Shown: piece after piece, positions 24,571 through 30,505 of the stretch | Position numbering within the stretch: position 1 is the first letter of the stretch | Layout: each line of letters begins with the position of its first letter | Virus record (IMG/VR): IMGVR_UViG_3300043932_000276 | Coordinates: 1-30,505 of that record | Source: a virus | Lineage: Duplodnaviria > Caudoviricetes | Strand: one strand, 5' to 3' | DNA: 30,505 nt | Program-made: the position numbers and the translations under genes | The notes under the pieces: model-generated | The model's database searches: none | What the model saw: the letters and a program-made list of their open reading frames with translations, nothing else | What the model was told of the DNA's origin: nothing

Positions 24571-27322
24571 CCAGGGCGACGCCCGTGGCGTCCCCCGAGC
24601 CCCGGTCGAGGAGCTCCTCCAACCTCGCGTTGTCGATGCACACGCAGTAGCGCCTGGTCCCGCCCTTGAAGCGGCGCTGCATCGTGAACCGCCTGCCCGA
24701 GCCCGTCACCAGGACGCCCTCGTCGTCCATGCGGCGCAGGGTCTTCTGGCGGTCGTAGTTCTCCGCCTCCAGGGCGCGGTCGAGGACCGACGAGAGCACG
24801 CACCAGGTGAAATCCTCCTCGCCTGGACGGCGGGATATCTCGCCCCAGCGCTCCATGCGGTCCATCTCCGCCGAGTCCTCGAAGTGGAGGCTGTTCCTCG
24901 TCAGCCACTCGGCCACGAACTGGATCGCCTTGAGGTCAGTGTCGCCCGCCTCGGCGCCGGTCGAGTTTGCGAGCGCCCAGCGTGCCATCTCCAGGGCCTG
25001 CCGCACGCACTCGTCCCAGTCAGCGACGCCGAACACGTAGAACGAGGAGAGGGCGTCCGCAAGGGCCAGGAGCGCCACGTTGTCCGCCTGCGGGTGGCCC
25101 GCGGCCATGCCGCCGACGGCGTCGCGCAGGCGCGCGTACTCGTCCGTGTACCACCCGGCCGCGTTGCGGCGAAGCGAACGAACATATGTTCTTCCCGCGG
25201 TGCCGTGCTGCGCCGCGACGAGGTGGTGCATCTCCTGGGCCTCGCGCACGTCCGAGAAGGGCTCCGCGTTCAGCTCCAGCGTGCGGTTGGCCGCTCCCTG
25301 CTGGGTGCTCCCGCCCACGATGGGGATCTCGCCGGTCGCGATGGTGAGGCATTTCCACGAGCCGGCGCGCATCATGGAGCGGTCAGAGTTCAGGGCCCCG
25401 CGCTCGTGTCCGAGCGAGAGCGAGTACAGGAGGTCCTCCACGACCTGGCGCTTCGCCCCCTGACCGCCCGGCGCGCCCTTGCTCTGCAGCTCGTCCACGA
25501 TCACGGGTACGTCGTGCAGGAGCGCGGCCGCGCGCACGATCGACTTCGGCGTGTCGGCGAAGGTGCGGAAGTACGAGTCCGCTCCCTCGGTCGGGTCGCC
25601 CCACACCGAGCCCGCCGCCTTCAGCGTCGGCGTCTTGCCGCTGCGCGAGCGGCCCCAGAGATACACGATGAAGGTCTGGACGCCCACGACCGACACCAGG
25701 GGAGAGGCGAAGCTGGCCGCAAGCACGCAGCGGAAGGCGGGCGACGCCTCCCTCGCCGGCGAGACGCCGGCGACCCAGGCGTCGAGCGTGCCCTCGGGCT
25801 CCATGAACGGCCGGGCCTTCACGGCCTCGTCGGGCGACGGGTCGAAGCGCACCGCCGTCGCCCCCTCGCCGCGCTCGCCGCCAGTCCCGTCCGCGTCGAA
25901 GGGCATGAACGCGCCGAGCGGCCCGTCCGCCCAGCCCAGGTGCGTCACGCTCTCGTAGCGGGGGCGCTTCCAGCCGAAGCGCTTCTCGCAGTCCGTCAGG
26001 TAGCGGATGACCTCCTTGCAGTTCGAGGACGACACGTTCGCGCCGAGGGGCGCCAGCACCCCGATCACCTTCGTCTGGTTGAGGAGGACGTCGCGTCCCA
26101 CGGCGCGCTCGCGGACGCCCCCGGGCACCCGCACGCGCACGAGCGCGCGCACGTCGCGCGTGTCCACGTCCACGAGGTCGCAGGCTATCCACGGTGCGGT
26201 CGAGGTCACCGTGTAGCGCAGCTCCCCGTCGCGCCCGACGACCCAGAGCCTGCCGTGCGGGTCCACGTGCCAGCCCTCCACCGAGGGGGCGCGGTCGGGG
26301 TCGAACGCCGGCTCCTCCGCCTCGGGGGACGTCCGTGCGGGATGACGGTTCCCGCGTGGGACTGTCCCGTCGGACGAACATCTGTTTGTGTCACGGGGCG
26401 CGGGCCTGCCCGCCGTCGTCGCGACGCCGGGCCTCCGCCTCCTGGGGTCGTAGAACTCCGTGCAGCCCTCCAGCGCCCGCGCGATCGTCTGCGCGCCGTA
26501 GGTCGAGTCCCCGCGGCGCGAGTCCCACTTGTCGCGCATCAGGCCCGAGGAGCGGAACATCCGGTCCATGCGGCCGGCGTCCCCCGCGCACCAGAAGGCG
26601 AGCGAGGAGCACAGCGCCATGTCCGCCGCGGAGTGGTCGCCGCCGTAGGCGGACATGTCACCGTCGAGCAGGGCTCCGATCGCCGCGCCGTTCCTGCTCG
26701 CGCGCATGCGGCGCACGAGCTCGGCGTCGTCCGGGAGGCCCGCGTCGGTCGCGCGGCCGGCCTCGGTCACCGTCGCCTGCCGCCCGGCCGCGGCCGGTGA
26801 CGCCTCGATCCAGGTCCGGTAGGCGCGCTCCACGACGCGCGGGTTCTCGCCCAGCCCGGAGTTGCCCTCGAAGACGTTACCGGTCACGGTGAAGAAGCGG
26901 TCGTGGTCGTACATCTCCACGCAGCCGCGCCGGCAGCGCGTGGCGCCCTCGGGCTTGGGGCCGCGGAATATCAGGTGCAGGCCGTCCCCCGAGGGGGAGA
27001 CCTCGCAGTAGGTGTGTGCCTCCGAGACCACCCAGCGGTAGGCGTCGGCGAGGACGCCTCCGCTCAGCACGTGGTCGAGGTCGAGCCCGGTGTAGGCCCG
27101 GTCGGGCGCGAACACGAAGCCGATGCCGGAGGCGTGCCAGCGCCCCACGGCCGCGACCGCCGTGTCGAAGTCGGACCAGGTCGAGGCGTCGGTGCTCGAC
27201 GCCATCCTCCCCGTGCTCGGGTTCACGGGGAGCTTCGTCGTGCGCCCGTCGCGGGACTGGGCGCGCCAGCACACCCAGCGAGGCTCCGCCCTCAGCTCGG
27301 CGGGCACCCTGCTCAGATCCAT
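24545..27322 (-). CDS. Replicase: NrS-1-like prim-pol + helical bundle + DUF927/helicase fusion
   Basis: P.EL....RWVCW, GLDLD, EVSPSGDGLH, EMY...RFFTVTG, DHSAAD.AL...LAFW, Walker A GRSRSGKT and IVDE. Confidence 0.9.
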   Translation of the reverse strand: MDLSRVPAELRAEPRWVCWRAQSRDGRTTKLPVNPSTGRMASSTDASTWSDFDTAVAAVGRWHASGIGFVFAPDRAYTGLDLDHVLSGGVLADAYRWVVSEAHTYCEVSPSGDGLHLIFRGPKPEGATRCRRGCVEMYDHDRFFTVTGNVFEGNSGLGENPRVVERAYRTWIEASPAAAGRQATVTEAGRATDAGLPDDAELVRRMRASRNGAAIGALLDGDMSAYGGDHSAADMALCSSLAFWCAGDAGRMDRMFRSSGLMRDKWDSRRGDSTYGAQTIARALEGCTEFYDPRRRRPGVATTAGRPAPRDTNRCSSDGTVPRGNRHPARTSPEAEEPAFDPDRAPSVEGWHVDPHGRLWVVGRDGELRYTVTSTAPWIACDLVDVDTRDVRALVRVRVPGGVRERAVGRDVLLNQTKVIGVLAPLGANVSSSNCKEVIRYLTDCEKRFGWKRPRYESVTHLGWADGPLGAFMPFDADGTGGERGEGATAVRFDPSPDEAVKARPFMEPEGTLDAWVAGVSPAREASPAFRCVLAASFASPLVSVVGVQTFIVYLWGRSRSGKTPTLKAAGSVWGDPTEGADSYFRTFADTPKSIVRAAALLHDVPVIVDELQSKGAPGGQGAKRQVVEDLLYSLSLGHERGALNSDRSMMRAGSWKCLTIATGEIPIVGGSTQQGAANRTLELNAEPFSDVREAQEMHHLVAAQHGTAGRTYVRSLRRNAAGWYTDEYARLRDAVGGMAAGHPQADNVALLALADALSSFYVFGVADWDECVRQALEMARWALANSTGAEAGDTDLKAIQFVAEWLTRNSLHFEDSAEMDRMERWGEISRRPGEEDFTWCVLSSVLDRALEAENYDRQKTLRRMDDEGVLVTGSGRRFTMQRRFKGGTRRYCVCIDNARLEELLDRGSGDATGVALASSAETPR

Positions 27323-27352
27323 TTCTGCCTCCCGTGCGAGGGGGACTCGGGC

Positions 27353-27574
27353 CTAGTCGATTCCACGGTTGCGCCCCCTCGGCTGACGGGGCCCGCACCC
27401 GGCGCGCCGGGCGTTCGGGAGCACGCAGTCAATCGGGATGAGCCAGCGGCCGTTCACCTTGTCCGCCGGGATGCGGCCCTCCCGGATGCCGCGCGTGATC
27501 GACCCTACGTGCTCGCCCGTGAGCTCCGAGAGCACTCGGGGAGTCACCAAGGGAGGGAGATCGCTGATGCCCAT
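27353..27574 (-). CDS. Excisionase/Cro-like HTH protein
   Basis: 73 aa, ...SITRGIREGRIPADKVNGRWLIP; divergent from the repressor. Confidence 0.82.
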   Translation of the reverse strand: MGISDLPPLVTPRVLSELTGEHVGSITRGIREGRIPADKVNGRWLIPIDCVLPNARRAGCGPRQPRGRNRGID

Positions 27575-27735
27575 GGGTCGCCTTCCTTTCTCGAATCATG
27601 CCTTTGGAATGGGGCGGGCGCTGCTGGCGTGCCACCCGATGGTGCACCATTGCCTCCCGCGACGTGTAGGTTAGCATAGAAAATATCACTGTGTGAGGAC
27701 GTCCGCACATAGTGGTAGAATTAGGCGACAAACGC

Positions 27736-27764
27736 TTGTACGAATTGTCATAGTCTGATAGACT
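27736..27764 (+). promoter_or_regulatory. Repressor promoter with overlapping palindrome
   Basis: TTGTAC-17-TAGACT with an extended TG; the AGTCT-GAT-AGACT palindrome covers the -10. Confidence 0.65.
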
Positions 27765-27839
27765 TTGTTGCGAAGTGTTACGTCCCGAAATCGGCGAACG
27801 GCATCGGGGCGCCACGGAACGTCCACGGAGGGAAGGGCC

Positions 27840-28508
27840 ATGTCCAGCAGGCTGCTCGAGATACGCAAGGCGGCGGGGTACGCCACGGCAAGGGAGTTCG
27901 CCGAGGCCTCCGGCCTGGCGGAGTCCACCTACACGCGCTACGAGTCGAACCCCGAGAGGATCCCGCTCAAGGTCGCCTGGGACCTCGCGGACCGGTTCCA
28001 CGTGACCATTGACCAGGTGGTCGGTCGCGACACCGAGGCCAAGGGCGACCCGCGCGGGGCGCAGCAGAGGGCGTTCGACGCGCTGTCGCCGCGCTCGCAG
28101 GAGGAGACGGCCGACTTCATGGCCTACCTCGCCGAGCGCGACGCCCGCAGCAGGGAGGCGCAGTCCGAGAGGGCGAGGCGCGTGTGGGAGGTCGTCTCCT
28201 CGCGCATCGAGCGCGCCTACCTAGGCAGACTCTCCGAGAAGCCGGGCGGGCCCGACCCGGTCCTGCTCACGGGGAGCGACGCGGAGCTGCGCGAGGGGTT
28301 CCGGAACCTCGCCCGCGCGTGGGTCGTCGGGGCGAAGGGACCGCTCAACCGGTTCGCGCCCCAGGTGCGCGACGAGGAGGCGCTCGAGGAGGTCATGGCT
28401 GCCTACGATCGCATGCACGGGTCGTTCGTGGACGACCACGGCATGCTCGTCAGCTGGTCGCAGGAGGCGGGCCCCGGCTACGAGGGGGGAGGTCTCGCCG
28501 GGAGGTAG
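27840..28508 (+). CDS. XRE-family HTH repressor (222 aa)
   Basis: LLEIRKAAGY.TAREFAEASGLAESTYTRYE...TIDQVVGR. Confidence 0.87.
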   Translation: MSSRLLEIRKAAGYATAREFAEASGLAESTYTRYESNPERIPLKVAWDLADRFHVTIDQVVGRDTEAKGDPRGAQQRAFDALSPRSQEETADFMAYLAERDARSREAQSERARRVWEVVSSRIERAYLGRLSEKPGGPDPVLLTGSDAELREGFRNLARAWVVGAKGPLNRFAPQVRDEEALEEVMAAYDRMHGSFVDDHGMLVSWSQEAGPGYEGGGLAGR

Positions 28509-28599
28509 CCCGAGAACGAAGGCGGCCCGCGGGAGCTGGCACTCCCACGGGCCCGTTGTCCATTCCAAAGGCATATTCCAGAAAGGACGGTGACAGTAT

Positions 28600-28995
28600 A
28601 TGTCATCTCCCACCACCACGCACACGCCCGAGGGCGGGGGCGGCCCCGTCGCGGGCGGCAGGAGGACCCTGCAGAGGCTCAGGAGGGGCGCCGGCTACCC
28701 CAGCGCGAAGGTGTTCGCCGCCGAGCTCGGCATCCCCGAGACCACCTACGCCCGCTACGAGAGGGCGCCCGAGACGCCGCAGTGCGGCATCCCCATGGCC
28801 AACGCCTGGGCGATCGCCGACAAGCTCGGCTGCTCTATCGACCTCGTGGTCGGCCGCGAGGACATCGACAGGCCCCGACCCGTCACCCTCGACGACAGGG
28901 CTCGCGCCCTCACGCGCGAGAGCCGCCGCATGCTCGACGACTACCTCGACTACCTCGAGCACCGCGACGCCGAGGACTCCCGGGCGAGGCGGTAG
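28600..28995 (+). CDS. Second XRE-family HTH protein (131 aa)
   Basis: LQRLRRGAGYPSAKVFAAELGIPETTYARYE...SIDLVVGRE. Confidence 0.87.
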   Translation: MSSPTTTHTPEGGGGPVAGGRRTLQRLRRGAGYPSAKVFAAELGIPETTYARYERAPETPQCGIPMANAWAIADKLGCSIDLVVGREDIDRPRPVTLDDRARALTRESRRMLDDYLDYLEHRDAEDSRARR

Positions 28996-28997
28996 CC

Positions 28998-30209
28998 ATG
29001 GCAGCGAGGAACGGGACCTCGGGCGGGTCCATCATCCAGCGCGAGAAGGACAGGCCCAAGAGCAGGTGCAAGAAGTGGGAGCTCAGGGTCCCGATTGGGC
29101 TCGACCCCCGCACGGGAAAGTACAAGGCGAAGTCGCGCCGCTTCAACGGCTCCTACACGGAGGCGAAGAGGGCGCTGCGCGAGTTCCAGGACGAGGTCGA
29201 GGGCGACCGCGTCCAGGGCAAGACCGGCTACACCTTCCAGCAGTACTGCGAGCGCTATCTCGAAATCCGTGAGGCGAAGAGGGAGGTAGCGCCCACGACG
29301 CAGGTGCGGCAGCGCTGGCAGTTCAAGGCAGCCTGTCGCCACATCGGCCACGTAAAGCTCGAGCAGGTCACGCCCACGATGCTCAGCGACATGTACATCG
29401 CGATGATGCGGGGCGACACCATGTCCGGCAAGCCCTCCAGCGGCTCGTACGTTAATCAGATCCACGACAACATAACCCTCGTGTTCGAGGCGGCGAAGGC
29501 CGAGGGGATCCTGATCGAGAACCCCTGCGACAAGGCCACGCCGCCCAAGATGGACACGCGTCCCAAGAAGGCGGTGCCGCCCGACAAGGCGCGCGCGTTC
29601 ATAGACTCGCTCGATCCGTCGAACCCCCACGAGCTCGCCTGGCTCATAGCCGCCACGATGGGACTCAGGCGGGGAGAGGTATGCGGGCTGTCATGGGGCG
29701 ACGTCGACTTTGACCGCAGGGTCGTGAGCATCCGCCACTCCTACGACGAGCTCGGTAACCTCAAGGGCACCAAGACGAAGGCCGGCACGCGCCTGCTGCC
29801 GCTGCCCGACATCACGGCCGAGGGACTCCTCACGGCAAAGGGGCTCCAGGCCGAGTACTTCGAGCGCATCAACGAGTCGCGGCGAAAGAAGGGAAAGACC
29901 GGCCCCGAGTGGCACCTTGAGCAGACCGACGAGACGCCCGTGATTACGACCAAGTACAGCGACCGCATAAAGCCGAGCTCGCTGTCGCGATGGTGGTCGT
30001 TGGAGCGCGGCAACTACGGCCTCGACGACTTCTCCCTCCACGAGCTCAGACACACCTACCTGACACTCCTCGCCGAGAAGGGCGTGCATCCCAAGGTCAT
30101 GCAGGAGCTGGCGGGCCACTATAGCTCGCAGATCACGATGGACGTGTACACCCACGTCAACATGGACGCGAAGCGCGAGGCCGTCGCGGCCGTGTCCAAG
30201 CTCTTCTGA
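28998..30209 (+). CDS. int: Tyrosine integrase (403 aa)
   Basis: GLRRGEVCGL.W.D, KT, HELRHT and GH.....T..VY catalytic motifs; next to attR. Confidence 0.96.
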   Translation: MAARNGTSGGSIIQREKDRPKSRCKKWELRVPIGLDPRTGKYKAKSRRFNGSYTEAKRALREFQDEVEGDRVQGKTGYTFQQYCERYLEIREAKREVAPTTQVRQRWQFKAACRHIGHVKLEQVTPTMLSDMYIAMMRGDTMSGKPSSGSYVNQIHDNITLVFEAAKAEGILIENPCDKATPPKMDTRPKKAVPPDKARAFIDSLDPSNPHELAWLIAATMGLRRGEVCGLSWGDVDFDRRVVSIRHSYDELGNLKGTKTKAGTRLLPLPDITAEGLLTAKGLQAEYFERINESRRKKGKTGPEWHLEQTDETPVITTKYSDRIKPSSLSRWWSLERGNYGLDDFSLHELRHTYLTLLAEKGVHPKVMQELAGHYSSQITMDVYTHVNMDAKREAVAAVSKLF

Positions 30210-30324
30210 TTGCGTCGCCAGTTAGCGTGCCGGACGGGCGGTCCCGAGCGACGGGGCCGCCCGTCCGCAGTCACCACTGAGTGGCGCCGCCGGTCCCCGC
30301 CCTGCGTGGCAGGGATTGGCGGGA

Positions 30325-30351
30325 GGATTATTAGTGGCAGATTAGTGGCAG
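30325..30351 (+). promoter_or_regulatory. Probable integrase arm-type sites, right
   Basis: GGATTATTAGTGGCAGATTAGTGGCAG sits between the integrase stop and attR. Confidence 0.7.
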
Positions 30352-30412
30352 CCCACCCCATTGGTCTGACAGACGTGCTGGTAGATTGAGTGTTTGCAAC
30401 CGACGCAAATAC

Positions 30413-30425
30413 TGAGTGGGAGTAG
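30413..30425 (+). repeat. attR core with the displaced original guaA end (GAG TGG GAG TAG = EWE*)
   Basis: TGAGTGGGAGTAG encodes the same EWE-stop as the left end and lies ~200 bp after the integrase. Confidence 0.85.
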
Positions 30426-30505
30426 TCTACCACCCAGATGGTGAGAGATAGCTTGCGAAGCTTGGTCTGGTACAGCTCAAGGGCGCTCGCTGTCACCAGC
30501 GCCTT

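Larger units (their letters stand above)
115..30421. mobile_element. Integrated prophage or phage-satellite-like element (~30.3 kb) in the guaA 3' end
   Basis: Bounded by the direct repeat TGAGTGGGA, with the integrase next to the right end and replication, packaging, head, baseplate and lysis genes inside. Confidence 0.93.

Noticed and set aside
21000-26800. Plus-strand ORFs 21000-22265 and 24323-26800
   Set aside because: They are shadow frames of terL and the replicase.
30119-30496. Minus-strand 125-aa ORF
   Set aside because: It crosses attR and the integrase end and has no recognisable motif. Too little host flank is present to call a gene.

Overview
The window holds one complete, roughly 30.3 kb integrated phage-like element inserted in the last codons of the host guaA gene (attL ~115-123, attR ~30413-30421). 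The host is probably a Coriobacteriia/Actinomycetota member (inference). From right to left it carries a tyrosine integrase, two paralogous XRE-type HTH repressors, an Xis/Cro-like gene, a prim-pol/DUF927-helicase replicase with an iteron-like origin, a Zn-ribbon protein, a two-gene moron, TerS, TerL and portal. Next comes ~10 kb of cargo (a 545-nt nested palindrome, an acidic protein, a ScaI-like REase, a large m6A MTase, an IetAS-type AAA ATPase + S8 protease, a basic micro-ORF, an unknown gene and an Abi_C protein). The left part has scaffold, capsid, head-completion, Dit, Tal, BppU/collagen, RBP, holins and a CW_7 amidase. The main observation is that head, neck, baseplate and lysis genes look intact and tightly coupled, yet no major tail tube gene, tail chaperones or full tape measure can be seen; only a 58-aa ORF occupies that slot. 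A TGTGAC-N7-GA-N2-AT motif precedes each late module. All protein calls come from motifs and synteny read by eye; no searches were run.
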